Source of the DNA: an uncultured Dehalococcoidia bacterium
Lineage (GTDB): Bacteria; Chloroflexota; Dehalococcoidia; Lucifugimonadales; UBA3495
NCBI GenBank assembly: GCA_950072105.1
Contig: CATMOE010000014.1
Span: 1 to 61,289 of the forward strand
Reading direction: 5' to 3'
DNA length: 61,289 nt
Below the pieces are notes generated by a model. That model saw only the letters and a list, made by a program, of their open reading frames with translations. It was not told where the DNA came from and ran no database searches. The position numbers were made by a program, and so were the translations under genes. This document shows, piece after piece, positions 9,670 to 20,245 of this stretch (the first letter of the stretch is position 1; each line of letters opens with the position of its first letter).

Positions 9670-9918
9670 GAAGTGTGCCGCCGAAGGTTGCCGATTCTAT
9701 TTTCGGAGCAATGACAGACGTCAACAAACAGCCGATCATCCACAACGCACTTGACGCGGATCAGGCCAGACAAGTTGAAAACCGTTGACGGCCCGTAGCG
9801 CCAGATCAGCGGGCAAAGTTAACTTGTAGGCGTTGCTAGCCAAGGACTTGGGATTGGGCAAGGCCAGTCCACCGGCCTGAGCCGGGTTCACTATGGTGAT
9901 TTCGGGTTGACACCCCGC

Positions 9919-10911
9919 CTAAAGAACGTGGTAAAGCAGGAGGTGCTGGCGCAGCACGTCCGAGGCGAAGTCATTCTCCACGTCCCGGTACACCGAGTGA
10001 ATATGGTTGGCGCCGTCCTGGCGGTTGTCGAACTCGACCAGGAAGTCGCCGCCGTGCAAGCGGTAGTAATGGGCCTTGGTCTTGTCCACGGGACCGGCCC
10101 AGGCCAGGTGGATGCCATCGATACCGTTGGTTTTGAACGCGTCCAGCCTTTCTTGGGCAACGTCGCTGCGCACCTGGCTCACGTACAGGGTCACCAACGC
10201 CATCAACATCTCCTGCTGAGTGCCCGACATTCGGGAGGCCGGGAGTCCTTCTTCCCGGGGCAAGGAAACCTTGGAGCTGTTGTAGGTGAGGATGTCCAAC
10301 GGCGCTTCATCGTAGATGATGGCTTTGCTCTGCTGGCCGGCGTCCAAGCTTTCCATAAGCTCAAAGGCCAGATCTTCCCGATCTCCCAGTATCCTCAATC
10401 CGTTCTTGGGGCCCTTGCGGACTTCAGCGGGATTTGCGCCGAAGAAAAAGGGCGTGACCGAGATAACTTTGTCGTTCCAAATGCTGTAGTTGAGGCAGAC
10501 GTGATGGCCTTCCACACGCCATCCCCACGGGTCTGATCCGCCCGGCTCCCCGAAGATGGTGAAATAGTAGCGTTCCGTGTCACGAAGGAACGTGACCTTG
10601 TCTTGTTCCACTTCCAACGGTCCCAGAACATCTTCGTGTTCGATGATCAATTTGGCCTGCTCGTAGGACTTATCGGTAAGGCCGCTAGCCATCACCGCAT
10701 AAGCCAGTTGCCGTTGCTTAGCGTCCATCTCCCGTAGCGGGAGACCATGGCGGTTCAGCGGCGGATAGTACCAAAAGATCCGCTCACCGTCCAGGTAGGA
10801 ATAAACGGTCTTGGCTTTTTGGTATGCACTAAGACTATTCAAGAAATTGGAGCATGCCTCGGTCATTTGGCTTACCGCAGTTGCATGGGTGGACTGTACG
10901 GCCATCGTCAA
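9919..10911 (-). CDS. DUF3500 domain-containing protein
   Basis: WGWRVEGHHVCLN, TPFFFGANP, YYRLHG, EFDN, NHIHSVYRD..NDF motifs. Confidence 0.85.
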   Translation of the reverse strand: MTMAVQSTHATAVSQMTEACSNFLNSLSAYQKAKTVYSYLDGERIFWYYPPLNRHGLPLREMDAKQRQLAYAVMASGLTDKSYEQAKLIIEHEDVLGPLEVEQDKVTFLRDTERYYFTIFGEPGGSDPWGWRVEGHHVCLNYSIWNDKVISVTPFFFGANPAEVRKGPKNGLRILGDREDLAFELMESLDAGQQSKAIIYDEAPLDILTYNSSKVSLPREEGLPASRMSGTQQEMLMALVTLYVSQVRSDVAQERLDAFKTNGIDGIHLAWAGPVDKTKAHYYRLHGGDFLVEFDNRQDGANHIHSVYRDVENDFASDVLRQHLLLYHVL

Positions 10912-11099
10912 CTCTCCGTTTCAAGGATTTTAGAGGTCTAATACCGGTATTTGAACGTTCAGAAGGAAAGGGCAGGTCCGGTCACTGGCACGATAAACGC
11001 CCTGGTCCGGCTGGAGACTATTGGGTTAAAACGGCGGTGTTTGGTTCTCCGCCGCTAATCCTACCCTACGGTCGTGGCCTCGGCAAGGGCGGGTTAGAT

Positions 11100-11333
11100 T
11101 CAACGGCGGCGAACGGCGGCAACTGCCGCGATGAATAAGACCGGGGCTAGAACCGCCATCCAGTCCCAATGCACGTAACGTCCGAACAGGGGATTGATCA
11201 CCGCGCTCAAAAAGATGCCCACGCCTACCAGGACGGCCGCCACTGGTATGGCTACAGCCCAACTGCGGTTGTCTCTCCGGCTGGGGGACCCTTCCTTTGA
11301 ATCGCCTTTGATGAGCTTGCTGAGGCTTTTCAT
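11100..11333 (-). CDS. Small 2-TM membrane protein (77 aa)
   Basis: ATG 7 nt after the upstream stop; two hydrophobic helices, ends RRR. Confidence 0.6.
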   Translation of the reverse strand: MKSLSKLIKGDSKEGSPSRRDNRSWAVAIPVAAVLVGVGIFLSAVINPLFGRYVHWDWMAVLAPVLFIAAVAAVRRR

Positions 11334-11340
11334 GTCACAC

Positions 11341-12285
11341 CTAAGACTGGGGTAGCACTGATCGTAAAGCGGATTCCAATTCTTCCAGAGTAGCGAACCC
11401 TTCGAAGCGCTGGCTAACCCGGCCATCCGAATCTAGGACGAACGTCCAAGACTCGTTGAACCAGTCGGGTAGGCCGCTGATGCCCCAATCTTGGATCGGC
11501 TGAGACAGCGTGGCTCTGGTCAGGTCGCCCTGAATCTCGTCGGGGGTTTCGTAGATCTCCACGTGGATGAAGTTGGCTTCACCCACGTGGCCGGACTTGA
11601 GTTCGGACAGGGTGGCGGTTTGAGGTCCGCAAGTAGGGCTGGTGCAAAAGGCCGGCGACGCAAACACCACGACAGTGGGTTTACCGGTGGCGACGGCGTC
11701 TTCAACCGTTATTTGATAAAGGTCCGGGTCCGGAGCATAGTCGGTGGTCAGTTTTTCGATCGACTCGACGCTCTGCAGGGTCTTGTTTCGGCTCAAGGGA
11801 GGAATCGACCCGATATTCGGCACTCCGCCCCCTTCCGACACGTTTAATATGGCCTCGGCCTTACCTTGGACATCTTCACCCTCGACTACAACGTCCAGTC
11901 GCCATGGTCCGGGGCGGTCGAAGTTTATTTCCGTAACGTAGGAGCCTCGAACGCCGTAGGGCCATAGGTGGAATCCGGCCGATTTGGTTTCACTTACGGC
12001 CTTTCCTTCGCCCAAAAAAACGGATGTGACCTGTACTTCCGGCACTTTGATCAGGGCTTTGGGGCTGGTGAGCATGAACGCGACCCGTTGTTTCCCCACT
12101 TCCAATACCTTGGTAGCGACGATGGTTTTGAGACCAGAGCCATCGACCGAGGGCGAAGCGGCCACGGGAACCTCGGTGGGGACAGTGGTTGCGGCGCCGC
12201 CACATGCCACGGCCAAAGTAGCAACGAAAAAGATCAGAACCGCAATAGAGTTCCGGGCAATCGGACGGATGAATCGATTCTCCAT
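11341..12285 (-). CDS. Lipoprotein with C-terminal thioredoxin-like domain
   Basis: Lipobox LAVAC; FASPAFCTSPTCGP Cys motif, FIHVEIY, ESWTFVLDSDG; start uncertain. Confidence 0.7.
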   Translation of the reverse strand: MENRFIRPIARNSIAVLIFFVATLAVACGGAATTVPTEVPVAASPSVDGSGLKTIVATKVLEVGKQRVAFMLTSPKALIKVPEVQVTSVFLGEGKAVSETKSAGFHLWPYGVRGSYVTEINFDRPGPWRLDVVVEGEDVQGKAEAILNVSEGGGVPNIGSIPPLSRNKTLQSVESIEKLTTDYAPDPDLYQITVEDAVATGKPTVVVFASPAFCTSPTCGPQTATLSELKSGHVGEANFIHVEIYETPDEIQGDLTRATLSQPIQDWGISGLPDWFNESWTFVLDSDGRVSQRFEGFATLEELESALRSVLPQS

Positions 12286-12289
12286 TCTG

Positions 12290-13432
12290 TTAGGGACCTT
12301 CCTCGTAGGCTCCGAAGGTAAAAGCAAACAACGCGAAATCCTCTGAGTTGGAACTGAGAATTAGCTCATGGCTGGAGTACTCCGGGAGCGCGACGACTTC
12401 GTACAGACGTGGCTCGTCGACGGTGAAGAAGCTCCCTTCTTCGGTTACGACGACGTCAGGACCAGCTTCATCGGGCCGTAAGGGACGTCCATCGATGGTC
12501 ACCCGAACCTGGAACGGCGGTGCGTCATCGGCGTTTATCACGGCGTTCACGGTGATCGCGGAGAATCGCAGAGCCAGATAATCTTCATAAGCCTCGGTCT
12601 TGCGGCCGTGGCGCAGCTCCTCCAAGCCGTTGAACCAGGGACCATGCAGGTACACAAAGTGGTTATCGTGATCTCCAGGGTCGACGTAGTCCACGACCTG
12701 ACCTGGGCCCTCGTAATATTCATTTTGGGTGACGTAAAGACCGTTGCGGTTGTTATTGCGACGGAATCCACCGTAAATCTCCCGCGTCAGCCGCTTGCCC
12801 AGATCCCGGTCCCGGGCTGCGGGGTCAGGCCGGGGTTCTTTAGCGCTGGTCGGCATAACGCCGGATAAGTCCACTCCGGCTGCCGTTAGCGTCCGGCGGA
12901 TCTCCATTTCAGTTTCCTGGTAAGCGCCTTCACCAAAGTGTATGTATCGGACGATACCGTCTTTGTCCACCAAATATTTTGCGGGCCAGGCCCGGTTGTC
13001 ATATGCCCGCCAAGTACCCATATCGTTGTCTTGGGCGATGGGGTAACTCAAGCCGAATTCCTGGGCGCTGTCCGCCACGTTCTCGGTGAGTTTCTCAAAC
13101 TCGAATTCGGGAGAGTGAACCCCCACAATCACCAATCCTTTGTCAGCATACCTGTCATGCCACTCCTTCAGGTATGGCATGGTGCGGATGCAGTTGACGC
13201 AGGTGTAGGTCCAAAAGTCTATGAGAACGACCTTGCCCCGAAGCTTTTTCATCGTCAGCGGTTCTGAGTTGATCCAGTTGGCTATACCCTCGAATTCGGG
13301 CGCCGGGCTGCCAACTTTGCCTGCCGGGCCGGCCAGGACCGAGACCGAGGTGCATGCCACCATCAAGCCTAGCGCCACGGTCAGGAGGACCGGGATCAAG
13401 GGCAGGTGGAGTAGGCGAAATCGGAGATCCAT
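12290..13432 (-). CDS. DipZ-like redoxin (TlpA/ResA fold plus C-terminal domain), lipoprotein
   Basis: DFWTYTCVNC, GVHSPEFEFEK, HFGEG, FAFTFG; MVAC lipobox. Confidence 0.85.
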   Translation of the reverse strand: MDLRFRLLHLPLIPVLLTVALGLMVACTSVSVLAGPAGKVGSPAPEFEGIANWINSEPLTMKKLRGKVVLIDFWTYTCVNCIRTMPYLKEWHDRYADKGLVIVGVHSPEFEFEKLTENVADSAQEFGLSYPIAQDNDMGTWRAYDNRAWPAKYLVDKDGIVRYIHFGEGAYQETEMEIRRTLTAAGVDLSGVMPTSAKEPRPDPAARDRDLGKRLTREIYGGFRRNNNRNGLYVTQNEYYEGPGQVVDYVDPGDHDNHFVYLHGPWFNGLEELRHGRKTEAYEDYLALRFSAITVNAVINADDAPPFQVRVTIDGRPLRPDEAGPDVVVTEEGSFFTVDEPRLYEVVALPEYSSHELILSSNSEDFALFAFTFGAYEEGP

Positions 13433-13445
13433 CAGCCGGCCTTCT

Positions 13446-14992
13446 TTAGACCCCGAAGGTGAAGGCAAACAGCCCAAAATCGGGCGAATCGGAAGCCCTT
13501 CTAAGGGTTTCGCGGCGAACGTAGGATGGGTTTTCCAAGACGTTGTACAACCGCGGCCCGGTAACCAGCAGATAGCTCTCGCCATCGCTTCCAATGGTGA
13601 TGTCCGTGCCCTTGTTATCTTCCGTTAAATAGTCGCCATTCACGGTGATCCTAACCTTGTAGGGCTCCCCCGAGTCCGAGGTCAATACGGCGTTGACGCT
13701 GCGTGCCGAATAGACCAAAGTGAGGTAGTCTTCATAATTCATGGACATCCGGCCATGCTTGGCGCTTTCAGGGCCGACCCGCCATTCACCGTTGAAATAG
13801 ACCGCATGGGGCTCCAGTTCATCTGGCGCGACTAATCCCATAACCGCATCCACTTCTTTATAATAATCTTCCTGAAGAACATAGCCGCCTCTGCCGTACA
13901 GAACGTCGGAGCGCCCTCGCTCGTATCCGGCGTACAACTCTCTGGTTACTTCGGCATTGCGGTCAGCGCGGTAGGTTGGGTCGATGGTCGGGTCCACGGG
14001 CAGGGCGGAAGTTTCGCCGGAAAAGTCCGCCCCTGCTTCCACCAGCAATTTCCGGATCATTTCCTCAGTTTCCGCGTATCGGCCTTCGCCAAAGTGGGTA
14101 TAGCGCACCACACCGTCTTTGTCGATGAGGTATTTGGCCGGCCAGAACCGGTTGGAGTAGGACCTCCAAGTGATGAAATTGTTGTCTAAGGCCACGGGCC
14201 AGGAGATACTGTAATCCTTGGTGGCCATCACCACATTATCTAGCTCCTTCTCGAAATCAAATTCCGGCGAGTGAACACCCAAGATCACCAGGCCATCGTC
14301 CTGGTACTTGGAGTACCACTGCTTCAGAAAGGGCATGGTTCGGATGCAGTTGATGCAGGTATAGGTCCAAAATCCACCAGGACCACCTTTCCCCGTAACT
14401 CGGCAAGGGACAAGGGCTCCGTGTTGATCCAGGCCACGATTCCCCTGATCTCCGCGCCTTCGTTGCCGATAAAACCGCCGACCCTCCGCCCTGGTGGAGG
14501 TTGCTGCGGCTCAATAAAGGTGGGGCTCTCTGGATAGGGGGTTTCGGTGGGGTCAGCGGATCGTTGAATCTCTGGATTCGCGGACGCCTCTTCTTTCTGG
14601 GCGCCTTGCATGTCGGTGGGCGTAGGGGCGCCTGCGCTGGATTTATCGGTTTGGGCCACCAAGCCGGACGATTCGGTATTAGTTGCCGGTTTGGGTTCTA
14701 CCTTGGAATCTGAAGCCGTTGGCAGCAGTTCCGCCAATTTTTTCCGGCGCTCCAGGTCCTCACTGGGGGGCAAGACCACTACGGGATTTTCCGCCGAGAG
14801 TTTAGTTGTTTCCGCCGTGTCACCAGTGTTCGGCTTTTCCGCCTCGGCCTTAGGCTCCGATGGTGAATCCGGCGCGGATGCCGGCGTAGAGCCTCCGCAG
14901 CCCGCAAGAACCAGACTCAGTAATAAGGTGGCTCCAAGGACCGCCCAGCGGCTCCGGATCAATGAAATCGTCATGATTTTTTCTGCCCTCAT
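13446..14992 (-). pseudogene. Second DipZ-like redoxin lipoprotein, split by a single-base frameshift near 14369-14372
   Basis: Adding one T to GATTTTGG restores VDFWTYTCINCIRTMPF and joins ORFs 14324..14992 and 13446..14336; LAGC lipobox; may be a sequencing error. Confidence 0.8.
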
Positions 14993-15383
14993 GGGAGATT
15001 AGCGGCTCAAGGTATTTGTAACTCGGATGATGTCTATGTTACCCCAGAGAAGGGAAGGGCCGCTGTTGATCCTCTTGGAAGATCAACTCTCCGGGATGGC
15101 GGATTTGATCGCGGTCCCAAGCACTACGGTCTCCGGGCAAAGACAGGTCCGAAAACAAGCCCAGAACTATAGAATAATACGTTATCGATGTATTTCTTGG
15201 ATGTACCGGCATAGAGTTGGGTGCGGCCGCCGTACCATCGGCACGTGCTTGCGACATTCGATAAATCAACCGGAATTTCGACCAGATCGCACGTCCGGCA
15301 TCCGGGGTGTTGCTAGGCTTATTCACTGTGGTAAACTCAGGTAAAGTGACCGTTTTACGTAGCCGCTATTTGGGAGGAGGTCC

Positions 15384-16337
15384 TTGCTAGAACAATTGAC
15401 CCATACCGCTGTAGCCCAACGAATCATCGACAACGTATCCAAAGTGATCGTTGGTAAAAGGGCCGTGATAGAGCAAGCAATGGCGGCCGTGATCGCCCAG
15501 GGGCACATCTTGGTTGAAGATGTCCCGGGTGTGGGCAAAACAATGCTGGCCAAGAGCTTGTCCATATCCATAGGCTGTAATTTTAAGCGTATTCAGTTCA
15601 CGCCTGACCTGTTGCCCAGTGACGTAGCTGGAGTCTCGATTTACAACCAAGCAACTGGGGAATTCCAGTTTCGTCCGGGTCCCATCATGTCACAAGTCGT
15701 GCTCGCCGACGAGATCAACCGGGCGACGCCCAAGACCCAGTCGGCGTTGCTGGAAGCGATGGAAGAACTGCAGGTTACCGTAGACGGCGTAACCCACCAC
15801 TTGGAGCATCCCTTCGTCGTGGTGGCCACTCAAAACCCCATCGAGTACGAAGGTACTTTCCCATTGCCCGAAGCCCAATTGGACCGGTTCTTGATGCGCA
15901 TCAGTTTGGGATATCCCGAATTCGAAGAAGAATTGGCGGTCATTGAGCAACAAGAGCAGGCACACCCCATCGATAGTTTGGAAGCCGTGGCAAACCCGAA
16001 AGATGTGATTGGTCTACAACAAGCAGCCAAAGAGGTTTATGTCGACCGGGCCGTGCGGGAGTACATCGTAAGCCTCACCGAGGCCACACGGAATCATCGG
16101 GACGTGGCGCTGGGCGCCTCGCCACGCGCCTCATTGGGACTCTTTCGGGCCGCCAGAGCGTTGGCGTTGGTGTTGGACCGGGATTACGTGATTCCCGACG
16201 ACATCAAGATGTTAGCTGCCCCAGTCACCGCTCACCGAATCATTCTCTCCCCTTCAGCCCGGATGCGGGGCGTTCGTAGCGCGGACCTGGTGTCCGACTT
16301 GCTCAACACATTAACCGTACCAGGGGCAACTCGCTAG
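15384..16337 (+). CDS. moxR: MoxR family AAA+ ATPase
   Basis: DVPGVGKT, RIQFTPDLLPSD, DEINRATPKTQSALLE, PLPEAQLDRF. Confidence 0.92.
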   Translation: MLEQLTHTAVAQRIIDNVSKVIVGKRAVIEQAMAAVIAQGHILVEDVPGVGKTMLAKSLSISIGCNFKRIQFTPDLLPSDVAGVSIYNQATGEFQFRPGPIMSQVVLADEINRATPKTQSALLEAMEELQVTVDGVTHHLEHPFVVVATQNPIEYEGTFPLPEAQLDRFLMRISLGYPEFEEELAVIEQQEQAHPIDSLEAVANPKDVIGLQQAAKEVYVDRAVREYIVSLTEATRNHRDVALGASPRASLGLFRAARALALVLDRDYVIPDDIKMLAAPVTAHRIILSPSARMRGVRSADLVSDLLNTLTVPGATR

Positions 16338-16472
16338 TCCCCGCTATGCAACTGGGGATGCCAGTCCATGCACGACCCAACCGGCAGAGGCCGTTTTATG
16401 GCAAGCCGCCTAGGCTTTCCCTGCTAGTCGCGACCCAGGACCTTTAGCTAAGCGTGTAGGAAGAGCAAGCTT

Positions 16473-17732
16473 TTGAGCAAAAGAACTCTAGGGATCCTGG
16501 TTCTACTTTTTGTCATAACCTTTTACACCTTCGGAACCGGATTCGCTTTTTTCTTCCGGTTCCTCTATGCCTTACTGTTGTTTGGAACCATCGGATTAAC
16601 TTGGGCGTGGCTGAACCTGCGAGGCATGGAATTGCAATTGACCCGCATCTCCAGCAGGGGCCAGGTTGGCGAATACTTGGAAGGCCGGATCCGCATCAGT
16701 AACAAGAACAAGCTGCCCAAATCCTGGCTGGAAGTCGTTGAGTTCACCGATCTGCCCGGATATTCCACCGGCCGTGGCGTGGCGATGGTTGGGGACCAAT
16801 CCAGGACGTGGCGGACCGACACCTACCTCAGCAAGCGGGGTATATTCAACGTCGGCCAAGTGGAAATTACCAGCCAAGACCCCTTGGGGGTATTCCATCT
16901 AAAGAGGCGTTTCCTGGACCCGGTGCCTTTCATCGTCTTTCCGGCAGTCGAGCCACTGCCGGACTTGGATCTCCGTTTCTCTCACCTTCCCAGTGACAGC
17001 AAGACAACCCGGCCGGTACATCAAATAACCACCGACGTTTCCGCAGTGCGCGAATACACCCCCGGAGATAGCTTCCGCCGCATCCATTGGCCATACACGG
17101 CAAAGATGAACAAGCTAATGGTCAAAGATTTCGACCTGGGTCTATCGGCGGACGCTTGGGTGGTGGTGGATATGCAACGCACCTCCCATTGGGCCCAGGA
17201 TGACGAGGTTAACAACACCGAGGAGTTATCGGTAACGATCGCCGCCTCAATAATCTCCCGATTGGTGGATCTATCGATGCCCGTGGGACTGGCGGCCAAT
17301 GGGGACAGCTCTTACATCTTTCGGCCCGATACGAGTCCGGAGCACCAGGGCCGTCTGTTGGAGGCATTAGCGGAGGTCCAGGCCACCGGAACCACTTCGT
17401 TGGAGCGATTTCTATATGACCTCCGGGGCCAGATGAGCCGTTTCAACACCTTGACAGTAATAACCCCGTCTACCCGCACCGAGTGGATACCCGCGCTGAA
17501 CAGCATTCGGCGGCAAGGAGTTAACGTGGCCGTGGTGCTTATAGACCCCAGCGATTTTGGCGGTACCACCAACCCCGAGTTTCTAGTGGACATCCTATTC
17601 GCCAACGATATCGCCACCTACACCGTTAAGAAAGATCAGGTTTTGAACGAAGCCCTGAGCTTTCCGGTGGACCACCCGGAAAACCATTTGGGGCAGATGC
17701 CCGAGACTACCGCACAGGAGACAACAGCGTGA
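16473..17732 (+). CDS. DUF58 domain-containing protein
   Basis: VREYTPGDSFRRIHW..TAK...LMVK motif; follows moxR. Confidence 0.88.
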   Translation: MSKRTLGILVLLFVITFYTFGTGFAFFFRFLYALLLFGTIGLTWAWLNLRGMELQLTRISSRGQVGEYLEGRIRISNKNKLPKSWLEVVEFTDLPGYSTGRGVAMVGDQSRTWRTDTYLSKRGIFNVGQVEITSQDPLGVFHLKRRFLDPVPFIVFPAVEPLPDLDLRFSHLPSDSKTTRPVHQITTDVSAVREYTPGDSFRRIHWPYTAKMNKLMVKDFDLGLSADAWVVVDMQRTSHWAQDDEVNNTEELSVTIAASIISRLVDLSMPVGLAANGDSSYIFRPDTSPEHQGRLLEALAEVQATGTTSLERFLYDLRGQMSRFNTLTVITPSTRTEWIPALNSIRRQGVNVAVVLIDPSDFGGTTNPEFLVDILFANDIATYTVKKDQVLNEALSFPVDHPENHLGQMPETTAQETTA

Positions 17733-20245
17733 CCGTCAACCGGTTGGCTGATCCCGGCGCTGTTCGCGAACGGCTGAGCACGGAAGTTACTGCCGATAGT
17801 CTATTCGCCATCGCCAGATTCTTCCGGCCATCCGACGGCTGGCTCGCGTTCCTTTTCCTAGCAATGAATCTGTGGGTGGTTATATTCTCCGTGGAGCAGG
17901 CCGAGTGGGTGCCCGGCATGGAGTTAACCAGCCTGGTCATTATGGCCATGCTCACCGGCATATTACTATACCGGATACCGGCTTGGGCCAGCCTGATGTT
18001 ACCTATTGGGGCCGCCGTGGGTCTACTGGTGATCGTCTGGCAATTCACCTCCCGGGAAATTGCGGACGTCACGGTGACCAATGCGGACCAGCTCTGGTTC
18101 CGGCTGAGCCTGTGGGTTGAAGCCGCCAGGACCGGCTCCATCAACATAGACACGGTTCCGTTCGCCTTTGGCCTTATGACCTTGATCTGGCTGGCCGGGT
18201 TCCTGGCAACTTGGATGTTTTTCCGCTACCGCAATTTCTGGGGGGTTTTCGCCCTGGGAGGCGCGGGACTGCTATCCAACCTAACCTACCTGCCACCCCA
18301 GGCCAGCGCCCATTTAATCTTGTGGCTATTCACGGGACTTCTGCTGATTGCACGAGTCCAATCGGTCCGGCGGAGACAAGAGTGGGCAAGGCGAAATGTT
18401 ACTTACGATGACCACCTCGGGCTTCTTTCTTTTTGGGATACCTTTGTCCTAGCCTGTATCGTCTTAGTGGTGGCTTCTTTGCTTCCTGTCGGAGGCAAAT
18501 TCGGCCCTGCCAACGCCACGTACGAGTTCTTTCGAACACCTCTCACAAGCTATGAGGACGACTTCAACCGATTGTTTGCCGGCCTCCCGGCAAGGCGTCC
18601 CCTGGGTTATCGCATCTGGGGGGATGTCCTGGCATTCCAAGGCACCATCAATCCCGCCCCTACCCAGGTACTTTGGGTAGAATCCCCTGTCCCTATGTAT
18701 TGGAAGGCCCGGACCTATGGCACCTACACCGCCAAAGGCTGGATATCCGATGAAACAGTATTGAAGCCCGTTGATTGGACCCCACCTTTGGCCTCACCCC
18801 AACCTTACGCGAGCCGATTTGACGTCAGCTATTCGATAACTCCTCAATACGACTCCAAGACCCTCTTTGCGGGAGACCAAGTGGTCGAGGTAAGCCGGGA
18901 CGTCCAGATCGAGACCTACGAGTCGCCTACCTACACGATCGATTTTACCGAGTCTAACGGCGCCCGAAATCATCCTCGGCCCGTGGCTCGGGTTGCGTCT
19001 AATCTCCAGCAATCCTTCAACTCGGGGGGGTCGCCGGCCACCGATTCCTCATTGGCGGCCAGGCTTCCCAACGAATTCCGCCTAGTCGATGTCACCCGAT
19101 CCAAGAACGGCGTCGTTGAGCAAGTCGTTCTGGCGGACGTTCTTCCGGAGCAAGCGGATGTCCTGTCCGTCCGGAGTCCCAAACGTACCATCAAGAGAGG
19201 AGACACCTATAGCATCACATCTTCGGTGTCCCTGGCTACACCAGGACAACTTCGAAACTCAGGCACGGATTATCCGTCATGGGTCCTGGAAAAATACACG
19301 CAGCTACCCGACGACTTACCCCAGCGTGTGAGGACCTTGGCGGAAAGGCTCACTGCGGACGCCGATACCCCTTTCGATAAAGCACAAGCTATAAAGGAGT
19401 ATCTGAAAACCCTTCCCTACACTTTGTCGGTTGATCCTCCTCCTTTCGACGGCGATGGTGTGGACCATTTTCTTTTCACCTTGAAAAGGGGCTATAGCGA
19501 ATATTTTGCCTCAGCGATGACCGTAATGTTGCGGTCTGTGGACGTGCCGGCGCGGATGGCCACAGGATACACTACGGGCGACAAAGTGGTGAATGAAGAC
19601 CTTTACGTGGTTCTAGATAGCAACGCGCACGGCTGGCTTGAAGTCTATTATCCCAACTATGGCTGGATAGCCGCGGAGCCTACCCCTGGGAAATCCTTCC
19701 CTTTACCGGTGTCGACTGAGGCTGTGGTTGGGAGCGAAGACACGTCGATCGATGCGGAAGGCCCCCTGGAGGACGAGTGCGAAGACGATGACTTCGAAGA
19801 CTGCGACGACGGATTATTCCCAACTGATGGAGGGGGCAGAGGGTCACAAACAACCGTGTTCGGAACAGGGCTAACCAAGATTCTTTATTGGCTGGCCGGC
19901 ATATTCGGCGTGGCCGTCGTGGGCGGCTTCGTAGGCAACTTGCTGTGGCGGAAGTATATGTACCCGGCCGAAGACCCCCACGTAGCCTACAGGCGATTGG
20001 CATTTCTTGGCAGGTTGGCCTCCGTTGGACCGGTCGCCCATCAGACTCCGTATCAATACCGCCAGCGCTTGTCTCAACTCCTGCCGGACCATCGGGACCA
20101 ATTGTCGGTAGTTATAGATTCTTACGTCCGTAGCCGTTATGGCAGAAGAGAATTGGACGATGAACAGCGCCTCAATCTGGCCCAAGCTTGGATCGAATTG
20201 CGCATGCCCTTGTTGCTGAGGAGTCTGCGCCGGAGGAACACGTGA
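17729..20245 (+). CDS. Membrane transglutaminase-like protein (TgpA/DUF3488-type with DUF4129-like tail)
   Basis: Multi-TM N-terminus, YWKA, GYSEYFASAM, PARMATGY, HGWLEVY, GW..EPTP. Confidence 0.85.
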   Translation: MTVNRLADPGAVRERLSTEVTADSLFAIARFFRPSDGWLAFLFLAMNLWVVIFSVEQAEWVPGMELTSLVIMAMLTGILLYRIPAWASLMLPIGAAVGLLVIVWQFTSREIADVTVTNADQLWFRLSLWVEAARTGSINIDTVPFAFGLMTLIWLAGFLATWMFFRYRNFWGVFALGGAGLLSNLTYLPPQASAHLILWLFTGLLLIARVQSVRRRQEWARRNVTYDDHLGLLSFWDTFVLACIVLVVASLLPVGGKFGPANATYEFFRTPLTSYEDDFNRLFAGLPARRPLGYRIWGDVLAFQGTINPAPTQVLWVESPVPMYWKARTYGTYTAKGWISDETVLKPVDWTPPLASPQPYASRFDVSYSITPQYDSKTLFAGDQVVEVSRDVQIETYESPTYTIDFTESNGARNHPRPVARVASNLQQSFNSGGSPATDSSLAARLPNEFRLVDVTRSKNGVVEQVVLADVLPEQADVLSVRSPKRTIKRGDTYSITSSVSLATPGQLRNSGTDYPSWVLEKYTQLPDDLPQRVRTLAERLTADADTPFDKAQAIKEYLKTLPYTLSVDPPPFDGDGVDHFLFTLKRGYSEYFASAMTVMLRSVDVPARMATGYTTGDKVVNEDLYVVLDSNAHGWLEVYYPNYGWIAAEPTPGKSFPLPVSTEAVVGSEDTSIDAEGPLEDECEDDDFEDCDDGLFPTDGGGRGSQTTVFGTGLTKILYWLAGIFGVAVVGGFVGNLLWRKYMYPAEDPHVAYRRLAFLGRLASVGPVAHQTPYQYRQRLSQLLPDHRDQLSVVIDSYVRSRYGRRELDDEQRLNLAQAWIELRMPLLLRSLRRRNT

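Noticed and set aside
15027..15344. ORFs of 95-105 aa between the redoxin operon and moxR
   Set aside because: No recognisable motifs or convincing RBS; probably a divergent promoter region
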